From Chloroflexota bacterium (lineage in GTDB: Bacteria; Chloroflexota; Anaerolineae; Aggregatilineales; Phototrophicaceae): DNA of 64,000 nucleotides. Below are positions 46,450-54,946 of this stretch, in pieces. The notes under the pieces were generated by a model. The model did not search any database and was not told the origin of the DNA. It saw nothing but the letters and a program-made list of their open reading frames with translations. Made by a program: the position numbers and the translations under genes. The stretch is taken from the NCBI GenBank assembly GCA_011523735.1, contig WTGB01000028.1, positions 34,048-98,047 on the forward strand, in the 5' to 3' direction. Position 1 is the stretch's first letter. Every line of letters starts with the position of its first letter.

Positions 46450-47679
46450 ATGGTCAATGATTTAATTACTGGGGAAAACTTCGCCCAGATCAAGGTCGTT
46501 GGGGTTGGTGGTGGCGGCGGCAACGCTGTCAACCGCATGATCAACGAAGGCTTGGGCGGCGTTGAGTTTATCGCGGTCAACACCGATAACCAGGCGCTCA
46601 TGCTGTCCAAAGCGAAGACGCGCGTACGCATCGGCGATAAGTTGACACGCGGGCTCGGCGCTGGCGGGAATCCTGAAATCGGGCGGAAGGCTGCGGAAGA
46701 AAGCTCCGAAGATCTGCTCGAGGTCCTTCGTGGTTCCGATATGATCTTCGTCGCCTGTGGCATGGGCGGCGGCACCGGCACCGGCGCTTCACCCGTCATC
46801 GCCCAAATCGCCAAGGAGCTTGGCGCATTGACCATCGGCGTTGTCACCCGCCCCTTCACCTTTGAAGGCACTCGCCGCGCCCAATTGGCGAAGACCGGCA
46901 TTGAGGCTTTAAAAAGCCAGGTCGATACACTGATCGTCATCCCAAACGATCGCTTGCTGCAAATGGCGGATAAGCGTTCAACGCTGCAGCAAGCCTTCTC
47001 GCTCGCTGACGATGTGCTGCGGCAAGGCATCCAAGGTATTTCCGAACTGATCACCGTGCCCGGGCTAATCAATCTCGACTTCGCTGATGTGCGCACGGTC
47101 ATGTCGGAAGGTGGCGCTGCCTTGATGGCAGTCGGCCGCGCCTCAGGCGATGATCGCGCTCGCTCCGCCGCCGAAATGGCGATCACTAGCGGCTTGCTCG
47201 ATGTCACCATTGACGGCGCGCGCGGCATACTCTTTTCGATCACCGGTGGCAGCGATTTGACGCTGTTCGAGGTCAACGAGGCCGCAGCCATTATCAAGGA
47301 CAGCGCGCATCCGGAATGTAACCTGATCTTCGGCGCTCACATCGACGAGAGCATGGGCGATGAAGTCCATATCACGGTCATCGCTACTGGCTTTGAACGC
47401 AGCCGGCTGGAGACGACGATGAAAGAAGCCGGCGCCTTGCCCATCCGGCAGACAACGCCTTTGCCACAGCCGCCCGCGGTTCAACGCCCTATCTACGAAG
47501 ATGTCGAAGTGCAAGCCCCGTCCGAAAGCGCTTCCGCCAGCAGCGGCGGTTCTTCCTCCTTCCAGCGCAGCCGCTTGGCGCCGCCGTCGCCGCAAGAAGA
47601 CCCGCGTACCTATGACAACATCGATCCCAAGAACACGGAGCTGCCGGCCTTCCTGCGCAAACGCAATCGGCGTCAATAG
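46450..47679 (+). CDS. ftsZ: Cell-division GTPase FtsZ
   Basis: [13 protein letters not shown], tubulin signature [20 protein letters not shown], and a C-terminal conserved peptide (ELPAFLRKR). Confidence 0.95.
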   Translation: MVNDLITGENFAQIKVVGVGGGGGNAVNRMINEGLGGVEFIAVNTDNQALMLSKAKTRVRIGDKLTRGLGAGGNPEIGRKAAEESSEDLLEVLRGSDMIFVACGMGGGTGTGASPVIAQIAKELGALTIGVVTRPFTFEGTRRAQLAKTGIEALKSQVDTLIVIPNDRLLQMADKRSTLQQAFSLADDVLRQGIQGISELITVPGLINLDFADVRTVMSEGGAALMAVGRASGDDRARSAAEMAITSGLLDVTIDGARGILFSITGGSDLTLFEVNEAAAIIKDSAHPECNLIFGAHIDESMGDEVHITVIATGFERSRLETTMKEAGALPIRQTTPLPQPPAVQRPIYEDVEVQAPSESASASSGGSSSFQRSRLAPPSPQEDPRTYDNIDPKNTELPAFLRKRNRRQ

Positions 47680-47709
47680 AAGCGTGCTAAGTTAATATAC
47701 GGTTTCAAC

Positions 47710-47739
47710 GAGGCGGGCGTGGCTCGCCTCTTTTTGTTT
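47710..47739 (+). terminator. Rho-independent terminator after ftsZ
   Basis: GAGGCG (47710..47715), a 9-nt loop, CGCCTC (47725..47730), then TTTTTGTTT. Confidence 0.55.
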
Positions 47740-47779
47740 CCTGGGTTCAAGGTTTTACGCCAATTTCGAGATATGAGTT

Positions 47780-47809
47780 TTGCTACCCTCTATACAGTGT
47801 TGATAGAGT
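47780..47809 (+). promoter_or_regulatory. Candidate nrdJ promoter with an NrdR-box-like element in the spacer
   Basis: TTGCTA (47780..47785), an 18-nt spacer, then TAGAGT (47804..47809). The spacer sequence ACCCTCTATACAGTGT (47785..47800) matches my recollection of the NrdR box (ACACTATATATAGTGT) at 13/16. No convincing second box. An alternative promoter is TTGATA (47873)-16 nt-TATAGT (47895). Confidence 0.25.
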
Positions 47810-48037
47810 ATAGCGGTGGATGCGCTATCGGACTTCAAACTGAAATCCTGCAAAATCAAATAGGCAGTTTGCTTGATAAGTGCTATAAAAGAGCTATAGT
47901 TTTTAAGCCACGATATTGCAACATGATGGCCGTCAGCGGACACCATCTGTGCCACAGAAGGTCCAGGTTTGGATTCGCATCGCTCTACGCAGAATCAGTT
48001 GCCGCAGCGCGCATATACAGTTCAGGATGTTTTCGTC

Positions 48038-50587
48038 ATGATTCAGTCTCAGACAACCACAAGCGAATTACATGAACTTGGGTACAAGATATTCCTCGAT
48101 CGCTATGCCCAAAAGGACATGACGCGCAGCAGTCTAACCGTCGGCGACACGGTCATTGTGGTTGTCAACGCCAAAACCGGGCAGCGCGAAATCGGCCAAG
48201 CGATCGCCATAGACCTGCCGCAAGTCACGGTCCGGCTGCTTGATGGCGAGACGGTCGTTCGCGATCTGGAACATGTCGATAAGCCAATCGAAACGCAGCC
48301 CGAGCAGATGATGGCTCGCGTCGCGCGGGGCGTCGCGGCGGTCGAAGCGAGTCCGGCGAAACAGGATGAATGGTCCGAGAAATTCCGCTGGTTGCTCGAT
48401 GACTGGAAGTTCGTGCCGGGCGGACGAATCCTCACCGCCGCCGGCACAGACCAGGATCTGACCTTTTACAACTGCTACGTCATCCCCTCGCCAGAGGACT
48501 CGCGCGAAGGGATTATGACAACCCTGACTCAGATGACGGAAATCATGTCCCGCGGTGGCGGCGTCGGCATCAATCTTTCGACATTGCGTCCGCGGCATGC
48601 CTATGTCAAAGGAGTAAATGGAAGATCAAGCGGGGCGGTATCCTGGGGCGGGCTTTATAGTTTTGTCACCGGTCTTATCGAACAAGGGGGCAGCCGCCGC
48701 GGCGCCTTGATGCTGATCTTGAACGACTGGCACCCGGATATCATCAATTTCATCAACAGCAAGCGGCAATCCGGAAAGATTACTAACGCGAATATCAGCG
48801 TCGGCGTCTCCGACAAATTGATGGAAGCGGTGGCCGCCGACGCCGATTGGGAACTGCTCTTCCCCGATACCCGCGATCCAGACTACGACGAGCTATGGGA
48901 TGGTGACCTGGAGACATGGGTCGCAGCCGGTAGACCGGTAATCAGTTACAAGACCATAAAAGCGCAGGAACTTTGGGACGCTATCATCGAGAGCGCCTGG
49001 GCGAGCGCGGAGCCCGGCGTGTGGTTCCGTGAACGCAGCAACAAAATGGCCAACAGTTGGTACTTCAATCCGCAGATCTGCACCAATCCCTGCGGTGAAC
49101 AGCCTCTAGGCGCCTTTTCCGTGTGCAACCTGGGCGCAATCAATCTTTCGCGCTTTTATGATGAAGCAGCGCATGATGTCGCCTGGGAAGATTTGAAAAC
49201 AACCGTGCAGTATTCAACGCGCTTCCTCGATAATGTCATCGATACCACGCCCTACTTCTTCGAGGAAAACAGAGACGTGCAGCTTTCCGAACGACGCGTC
49301 GGCTTGGGCACAATGGGCATCGCCGAATTGATGCTGAAGCTCGGTGTCCGTTACGGCAGCGACGAATCGGTCGAATTGATCGATGAGATTTACAGAACAA
49401 TTGCTGTAACCGCCTACGAGACCTCAAGCGATCTGGCGGTCGAAAAGAGCGCTTTCCCGATGCTTGACGCGGAGAAGTTCCTCGAAAGCGGCTTCATGCA
49501 GGCCATGCCGGCTGCTGTGCGGGACAAGGTGCGTCAGGATGGCATTCGTAATGTCACCTTGCTAACCCAGGCGCCAACCGGCACGACCGGCACCATGGTT
49601 AATACCTCCACCGGCGTTGAGCCTTTCTTCTCCTGGGTCTATTACCGCAAGAGTCGTCTTGGCTTGCACGAAGAGCAGGTGCCCATCGTCAAAGAGTGGT
49701 ATGAGGCGCATCCAAATGCGCAGGAACTGCCCGAATACTTTGTCACAGCGATGGACCTGTCTCCCCAAGAGCACATCAAAGTGCAGGGCGCTTTCCAACG
49801 CTGGATCGACAGCGCCATTTCCAAAACCTGCAACGTGCCAAATGACTACACGGTCGAGCAGGTCAGCGAACTCTTCAAATACATGTATGAGCTCGGTTGC
49901 AAAGGCGGCACGATTTACCGTGACGGCAGCCGAAACGAGCAGGTGCTCATGCTCAAAGGCGATGAGCGCGCCGAAAGCGAAATGGGAGATTTGAAATCGG
50001 CGGCATCGACGGAGAATGCCGAACCCGCCACGACGCCTCACCGCGTCTATCCGCGCCCCGAACGGCTCCAGGGCACATCGGTGAAAACTCAGACGCCCTT
50101 TGGCAAGGCTTATATCACCATCAACCGCGATGACCAAGGCAATCCTTTCGAGGTATTTGTCGCCATCGGCAAAGCGGGCAGCGATATCCAGGCCGATGCC
50201 GAGAGCTTGGGGCGTATGATCTCTCTGCAATTGCGTACAACCGCGCCCCATAACCGCCGCGATATGTTGAAGCTCATCATCGAGCAATTGGAAGATATCG
50301 GCGGCGCCCGTCCCATCGGTTTTGGTCCCAAGCGTGTACTGTCCCTGCCCGATGCCGTAGCGCGGGTATTGCAAGTGGAGTTCTTTCCCGAAGAGCAGCC
50401 GCAGCAACTCGACTTGCCGATTCAAAGCAGCGCCGCGCCTTCAAGCCCGGCTGCCGAAGCAGAAGGCGGCACGACCATCAATTCGTCGATATCCGGCGCC
50501 GATATGTGCCCCTCCTGCGGCACGATCACCTTGATCCGCGCCGAGAATTGCCGCAAGTGCCTCACCTGCGGCTACAGCGAATGCTAA
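48038..50587 (+). CDS. nrdJ: Adenosylcobalamin-dependent (class II) ribonucleotide reductase
   Basis: Trimmed to the ATG at 48038, with AGGA 11 nt upstream. NCYVIP, the active site TNPCGEQPLGAFSVCNLGAINL, GCKGGTIYRDGSR, and the C-terminal Cys cluster CPSCG...CRKCLTCGYSEC. Confidence 0.9.
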   Translation: MIQSQTTTSELHELGYKIFLDRYAQKDMTRSSLTVGDTVIVVVNAKTGQREIGQAIAIDLPQVTVRLLDGETVVRDLEHVDKPIETQPEQMMARVARGVAAVEASPAKQDEWSEKFRWLLDDWKFVPGGRILTAAGTDQDLTFYNCYVIPSPEDSREGIMTTLTQMTEIMSRGGGVGINLSTLRPRHAYVKGVNGRSSGAVSWGGLYSFVTGLIEQGGSRRGALMLILNDWHPDIINFINSKRQSGKITNANISVGVSDKLMEAVAADADWELLFPDTRDPDYDELWDGDLETWVAAGRPVISYKTIKAQELWDAIIESAWASAEPGVWFRERSNKMANSWYFNPQICTNPCGEQPLGAFSVCNLGAINLSRFYDEAAHDVAWEDLKTTVQYSTRFLDNVIDTTPYFFEENRDVQLSERRVGLGTMGIAELMLKLGVRYGSDESVELIDEIYRTIAVTAYETSSDLAVEKSAFPMLDAEKFLESGFMQAMPAAVRDKVRQDGIRNVTLLTQAPTGTTGTMVNTSTGVEPFFSWVYYRKSRLGLHEEQVPIVKEWYEAHPNAQELPEYFVTAMDLSPQEHIKVQGAFQRWIDSAISKTCNVPNDYTVEQVSELFKYMYELGCKGGTIYRDGSRNEQVLMLKGDERAESEMGDLKSAASTENAEPATTPHRVYPRPERLQGTSVKTQTPFGKAYITINRDDQGNPFEVFVAIGKAGSDIQADAESLGRMISLQLRTTAPHNRRDMLKLIIEQLEDIGGARPIGFGPKRVLSLPDAVARVLQVEFFPEEQPQQLDLPIQSSAAPSSPAAEAEGGTTINSSISGADMCPSCGTITLIRAENCRKCLTCGYSEC

Positions 50588-50714
50588 CATTCGCTACGGA
50601 CAATGTCGTCTAGAAGCGCTCTTGGCTGACAGACACAAGATGAAATAAGCGGGGCACCAGCGGGCACCCCACTTGCATTGCACATGCTGGCCAGCCAATT
50701 TGTACGATCTATGT

Positions 50715-51371
50715 ATGCTAGGAAATGATCCTTTGGAGCAACGGCGAATCTCATCGCTTCTGAAGCGGGCTCTGCTATTCCTCATCTGCGCTTTCCTGCT
50801 CTACTTTGTCATCTTCATCGCCGTTATCCACCATACCGGCACGATCGATACCGCAAAAGAATCCGATGTCATCATCGTGCTCGGCGCGGGCTTGCTGCGC
50901 GATGGCCGACCCGGCTGGGCATTGACCCGCCGCAGCCTTCAAGGCGCCGACCTTTGGCGGAAGGGCATGGCGTCTTATGTCTTATGCACCGGCGGGCAAG
51001 CTGAAACCTATCCGCGCTCGGAAGCCGTCGCCTGCCGCGAACTCCTGCTCACAGCCGGCTTGCCAACAGGCGCCATCTTGATGGAAGAACAGAGCCGCAG
51101 CACCGAAGAAAACGCCATTTTCAGCCGAGGAATACTCGACGAAATGGAATTTGACGACGTCCTCCTTGTCAGCGACAGCTACCACATGCTGCGCGCGACT
51201 TGGCTTTTTCAATTGCAAGGCATTAACTCCACCAGTAGTCCAGTGCCGTCTAATCGCATTCGCGATCCGCTCTCTTATCCCTACTCGCTGCTCCGCGAGT
51301 TTCTTGCCTTTCACTGGCACTTCCTCAAGGAAGCCTTTCATATTCCGCTGACTCATCTTAATGGCGTCTGA
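50715..51371 (+). CDS. DUF218 / YdcF-ElyC-family protein
   Basis: Trimmed to the ATG at 50715. N-terminal TM, then DVIIVLGAGL...VLCTGGQ...EENAIFS...VLLVSDSYHMLRA, the DUF218 pattern. Confidence 0.7.
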   Translation: MLGNDPLEQRRISSLLKRALLFLICAFLLYFVIFIAVIHHTGTIDTAKESDVIIVLGAGLLRDGRPGWALTRRSLQGADLWRKGMASYVLCTGGQAETYPRSEAVACRELLLTAGLPTGAILMEEQSRSTEENAIFSRGILDEMEFDDVLLVSDSYHMLRATWLFQLQGINSTSSPVPSNRIRDPLSYPYSLLREFLAFHWHFLKEAFHIPLTHLNGV

Positions 51372-51469
51372 TTCGCCCGGGCAATTCGACGACTCACAAG
51401 CATCGACTTTCGAATATAATCTCTCTTGACCAACATGTTCACCGACCGCACTGTTGCGAGGAGGGACTA

Positions 51470-52255
51470 ATGCCAAAGTACATTTGTATCGGAGCGCCCT
51501 ATTATCTGGGTGAATCCAAGCCAGACCGCCGCGAAGTTGATGCGCTGCGTCGAAGCGGCATTGCGGAAGAGCTTGATGCGGAATGGGTCGATATCGAGCC
51601 AGATTTCAGCGCCGCTGATGATCCAGTCGTGGCGGTCAACCGCGCCCTGGCCGCCGCCATACGCGCCAATCTCGACAAAGTGCCGGTAGTTTTCGCCAAT
51701 GATTGCACGAGCTGCCTGGGCATGGTCAAAGGGTTGATTCCAAAGTCGCCTGTCATCCTCTGGTATGACTCACACGGCGACTTCAACACACCCGAGACCA
51801 GCCCGAGCGGATTCCTCGGCGGCATGCCTTTGGCGGCGCTGGTGGGGCGCGGCAACCAACATCTGATGCGCGGCGTCGATCTCCCGCCAATCCCCGAAAC
51901 CGATGTGATCATCACCGATGTCCGCAACCTCGATCCCGAAGAAGGCGACATGCTCCGCAGCAGCGATGTCACCATCCACGAGACGCTTGACTCGCTGCGA
52001 CTATGGGACCTGCCCGATCGACCACTCTACATCCACTTCGATACCGATGTCGTCGATTGTGACGAAATGCCCGCCATGAGCTATCCAGAGCCGAATGGAC
52101 CGACTTTGGATGAGTGCATCCTGTCGCTGGAGCGCGTCCTCGCCCAAGGCAATATAGCCGCGATTCTATTCAGCCTGTGGAACGAAACACTCGAAGGCGG
52201 CGACCAAGCGATGGCGGCTACACGTAAGCTGATTCTCACGCTGAAAGCAATCTGA
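51470..52255 (+). CDS. Arginase/agmatinase-fold (ureohydrolase superfamily) protein with atypical first metal motif
   Basis: WYDSHGDFNTP (DAHxD-like) and IHFDTDVVDCDEMPA (DxDxxDP-like) fit the fold. The GGDHS box reads ANDCTS (51698..51712). The protein is short, at 261 aa. Confidence 0.55.
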   Translation: MPKYICIGAPYYLGESKPDRREVDALRRSGIAEELDAEWVDIEPDFSAADDPVVAVNRALAAAIRANLDKVPVVFANDCTSCLGMVKGLIPKSPVILWYDSHGDFNTPETSPSGFLGGMPLAALVGRGNQHLMRGVDLPPIPETDVIITDVRNLDPEEGDMLRSSDVTIHETLDSLRLWDLPDRPLYIHFDTDVVDCDEMPAMSYPEPNGPTLDECILSLERVLAQGNIAAILFSLWNETLEGGDQAMAATRKLILTLKAI

Positions 52256-52274
52256 CAAAATCCCAGCCGCTGAC

Positions 52275-52658
52275 TTGCGCGCCGTCGAAAATGAGCATAT
52301 CCTCTACTATTGTGACTGTAAGGGGAAAGTTGCATTGTACACTGACAACGAGATATTGTTTCCGCACTACGCCATACCAGCGCTGCGCAATACGCGCGGG
52401 GAAAAGTGGCGGCGGTTGATTGACAGCATATCCCAGAAGGATGAAACCAGCGTAGAAGTCATCGCCCTCATGGCGGTGATGATCGAACTGAATGGCTGCC
52501 TGCCTTGTGAAACCGATAGCTACCGAGCGATGCGCGGCTGCACAGCCTGCGCTCAGCAGACCCTGCGGCGTTTCAAAGGCAGCGACGAAGAACTGATTAG
52601 CGCTTACAAAGTGTCGCTCGCGAAGTTTCAACAAGTCGACTTCGTCTTCGACAGCTGA
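52275..52658 (+). CDS. Small Cys-rich hypothetical protein
   Basis: The plus frame has coding-like GC3 (about two-thirds G/C by my count) and a sensible charged composition. It contains CDC, CLPC and CTAC. The start is uncertain (TTG at 52275, no early in-frame ATG). The antisense ORF 52236..52634 looks like a shadow. Confidence 0.45.
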   Translation: MRAVENEHILYYCDCKGKVALYTDNEILFPHYAIPALRNTRGEKWRRLIDSISQKDETSVEVIALMAVMIELNGCLPCETDSYRAMRGCTACAQQTLRRFKGSDEELISAYKVSLAKFQQVDFVFDS

Positions 52659-52682
52659 CGATTCCCCTCATTTGACTCGTAG

Positions 52683-52711
52683 TTGACAACCTTCGCAGAC
52701 GCGTGTTAAAC
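52683..52711 (+). promoter_or_regulatory. Candidate promoter of the infC-rpmI-rplT operon
   Basis: Consensus -35 TTGACA (52683..52688), a 17-nt spacer, then a weak -10 TTAAAC (52706..52711). An 8-bp leader hairpin CCGCGCAG/CTGTGCGG follows. Confidence 0.3.
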
Positions 52712-52763
52712 TCTGCTTCCGCGCAGTGATACAGTCTGTGCGGATTTTACCTGTGATGAATAA

Positions 52764-53324
52764 TTGAAAGGTCGTGCAACAATAGCCAATTCACCTCACC
52801 GGATCAACGGGGATATTCGCGGAGTGCGTGAAGTTCGGTTGATTGACGATACCAATACTAACATTGGCGTCGTTAACATAGGGTATGCGCAAGATCGGGC
52901 TGACGATGTTGGCTTGGACTTGGTTGAAGTCGCGCCTAAGGCCAACCCGCCAGTTTGCCGAATTATGGATTATGGCAAATTCCAATACGAACAGCGCCGC
53001 AAGGAACGTAAGTCGAAGAAGAATCAGATCAAGGTAACCGTCAAGGAGATACAACTGCGTCCGAAGACAGATGAATATCATCTGCAATTCGATATCAAGC
53101 GCGCGGAAAAATGGCTGCTCGAAGGCAAAAAAGTGAAATTCCGAGTGCGCTTCCGCGGGCGCGAGATTACCCATCAACATATCGGACGGGATAGACTGGG
53201 CAAAATAGAAGAAGCATTAAAAGAAGTAGGCGTCGTTGAGCAGCGCCCCAATATGGAAGGCAGGGACATGCTCATGATTTTGGCGCCGTCCAAGGAAATA
53301 AAACAGAGCACGGAGAAACAGTAG
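52764..53324 (+). CDS. infC: Translation initiation factor IF-3 (non-AUG start)
   Basis: (TTG)[27 protein letters not shown]... parallels the E. coli IF3 N-terminus. [15 protein letters not shown] and the C-terminal domain are present. There is no in-frame ATG before CRIMDYG, and an in-frame TAA lies immediately upstream of the TTG. Confidence 0.9.
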   Translation: MKGRATIANSPHRINGDIRGVREVRLIDDTNTNIGVVNIGYAQDRADDVGLDLVEVAPKANPPVCRIMDYGKFQYEQRRKERKSKKNQIKVTVKEIQLRPKTDEYHLQFDIKRAEKWLLEGKKVKFRVRFRGREITHQHIGRDRLGKIEEALKEVGVVEQRPNMEGRDMLMILAPSKEIKQSTEKQ

Positions 53325-53575
53325 TGCCACGCAAGAAGAAATCGACCAAGTATAAACTCAAGACGCACAAGGCGACCGCCAAGCGATTCCGCATGACGGC
53401 TACCGGCAAGATTGTACGCACGAAGGGCGGCAAGAGTCACTTGCGCCGGCGCTCGGCAAAGCGCGTCAAGCGGCAATGGGACAAGACAATGGAAGTCGGC
53501 GAGAAGGCGATGCAACGCCGCATCCGCCGCCTTGCTCCCTATCTCGGCAGATACAAGGCGAACCCGCCCGCATAG
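53324..53575 (+). CDS. rpmI: 50S ribosomal protein L35 (slightly extended)
   Basis: GTG overlaps the infC stop (TAGTG). [30 protein letters not shown] is the L35 core, with about 10 extra N-terminal and about 10 extra C-terminal residues. Confidence 0.85.
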   Translation: MPRKKKSTKYKLKTHKATAKRFRMTATGKIVRTKGGKSHLRRRSAKRVKRQWDKTMEVGEKAMQRRIRRLAPYLGRYKANPPA

Positions 53576-53647
53576 ACGAAAAACAGCGATCTGGATCCTA
53601 AGCCCGGCGCGACATGATGCCGGGCAATTCATGTACGGAGAATTGAC

Positions 53648-54001
53648 ATGGCAAGAACGAGAACCGGCTTCGTCAGACGCCGCCGACACAAAAAAGTCCT
53701 GAAGCTCACTAAAGGGCAGTGGGGAACGCGCAGCAAGAATTTCAAGCGCGCGAACGAGGCGATGATGCGCAGCCTCTGGTACGCCTACCGCGATCGTCGC
53801 CAGCGCCGCCGTCAACTCCGCCGTCTGTGGATACAGCGTATCAATGCCGCCGCCCGCATCAATGGCATGAAATATAGTCAATTGGTGCACGGCTTGAAAC
53901 GCGCCAATATCGAGCTGGACCGCAAGAGCCTCGCGGGCATCGCTGTGAATGATGCCGAGACTTTCAGCAAGATCGTGGACCTGACAAGACAAAGCCTGTA
54001 G
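53648..54001 (+). CDS. rplT: 50S ribosomal protein L20
   Basis: MARTRTGFVRRRRHKKVLKLTKGQWG...RRLWIQRINAAAR is a canonical L20 sequence, with GGAG upstream. Confidence 0.95.
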   Translation: MARTRTGFVRRRRHKKVLKLTKGQWGTRSKNFKRANEAMMRSLWYAYRDRRQRRRQLRRLWIQRINAAARINGMKYSQLVHGLKRANIELDRKSLAGIAVNDAETFSKIVDLTRQSL

Positions 54002-54029
54002 TCTCGCGTCAAAATCTGCCAGCAAAGTC

Positions 54030-54058
54030 AAAGGGTCTGGTAACTGACCCTTTTTCTA
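54030..54058 (+). terminator. Rho-independent terminator after rplT
   Basis: AAAGGGTC (54030..54037), an 8-nt loop, GACCCTTT (54046..54053), running into the T-tract TTTTTCTATTT. Confidence 0.6.
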
Positions 54059-54075
54059 TTTATTGGGACCGCCGC

Positions 54076-54852
54076 ATGGATGCCATCAGCAGCACACAGA
54101 ACAAGCGCGTCCGCTACGTCAAGTCGCTGCAGACAAAACCTCGGCTTCGGCGCAGCGAACGCAAACTGGTCCTCGAAGGCGAACGCTTGATCGCTGATGC
54201 GCTAAGGAGCGGCGGCAAGCCCAAGCTCGTGTTCTATTCTGCCAAGCAAGCCGACTACGAAGTCATCGCCCGTCTGCAGAATCGCAAGTGCGAACTGCTC
54301 GCCGTTAACGATGAGATACTCCGCTACGTCAGCGATACACAGCAGCCCTCGGGCATCCTGGCCGTGTTTGCCATACCCAAGCCGCCGATTCCGCGAGGGG
54401 CAACCCGCGTCTTGATTCTTGATGCTGTCCGCGAGCCGGGCAATCTCGGTACCATTCTGCGGACTGCGGCCGCCGCCGGCGTCCAAATGGCGATTCTAGC
54501 GCCGGGCTGCGTCGATCCCTTTAATCCGAAGGTCATGCGGTCGGGCATGGGCGCGCATTTTCGTCTGCCAATAGTCGAAGCGTCTTGGACGGAAATCGCT
54601 GCTTTCTGCCAAGACCTGACCATCTACGCTGCGAGCGCAGATTCCGCTTGTGCTTATACAGCCGTTGATTGGCAATCCGCTTGGGCATTGATCGTCGGCA
54701 ACGAAGCGCACGGCATCAGCCGAGAAGCGCAACAAATGTCCCAGCGCATCATCTCGATTCCGATGTCCGCCGCGTCTGAATCAATCAATGTCGCCAGCGC
54801 GGCAGCGGTGATCCTCTTTGAAACGCAGCGACAGCGACTCAGCGACACTTGA
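54076..54852 (+). CDS. TrmH/SpoU-family RNA 2'-O-methyltransferase (RlmB-like)
   Basis: N-terminal substrate-binding domain (NKRVRYVKSL), then SPOUT motifs DAVREPGNLGTILRTAAAAG, LIVGNEAHGIS and IPMSAASESINVASAAAV. Confidence 0.85.
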   Translation: MDAISSTQNKRVRYVKSLQTKPRLRRSERKLVLEGERLIADALRSGGKPKLVFYSAKQADYEVIARLQNRKCELLAVNDEILRYVSDTQQPSGILAVFAIPKPPIPRGATRVLILDAVREPGNLGTILRTAAAAGVQMAILAPGCVDPFNPKVMRSGMGAHFRLPIVEASWTEIAAFCQDLTIYAASADSACAYTAVDWQSAWALIVGNEAHGISREAQQMSQRIISIPMSAASESINVASAAAVILFETQRQRLSDT

Positions 54853-54946
54853 GATGGATATCCGCCAGCCCCACTTCACTTGCGAGGCTCGCTGCGGTAG
54901 ACTTGCGAAACATTAGAAGCAGTCACATTGCAGGAGAATACGATTC

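Noticed and set aside
46335-47297. 320-aa minus-strand ORF covering most of ftsZ
   Set aside because: Shadow ORF antisense to an unmistakable ftsZ. The translation is Ser/Pro/Ala/Arg-rich low-complexity sequence typical of the reverse frame of GC-rich genes.
47740-48037. Cobalamin riboswitch upstream of the B12-dependent RNR
   Set aside because: I looked for the B12-box/core. Only scattered partial resemblances are present (GCCACAG at about 47951, AAATCC at about 47843), with none of the contiguous GGUG..AA.UCC / CCCGC.ACUG core. B12 riboswitches normally control B12-independent isozymes or transport rather than nrdJ. An Infernal scan would settle it.
47719-48075. 118-aa plus-strand ORF in the ftsZ-nrdJ intergenic region
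   Set aside because: It starts with a GTG inside the ftsZ terminator stem, sits in AT-rich non-coding-looking sequence, has no RBS, and runs out of frame into nrdJ. I treat the region as promoter/leader instead.
49562-50425. 287-aa minus-strand ORF inside nrdJ
   Set aside because: Antisense shadow of the RNR gene, with no motifs and no RBS.
53174-54031. 285-aa minus-strand ORF spanning infC 3' end, rpmI and rplT
   Set aside because: It is antisense to three canonical translation genes, has no recognisable motifs, and crosses two intergenic spacers. An artefact of GC-rich sequence.
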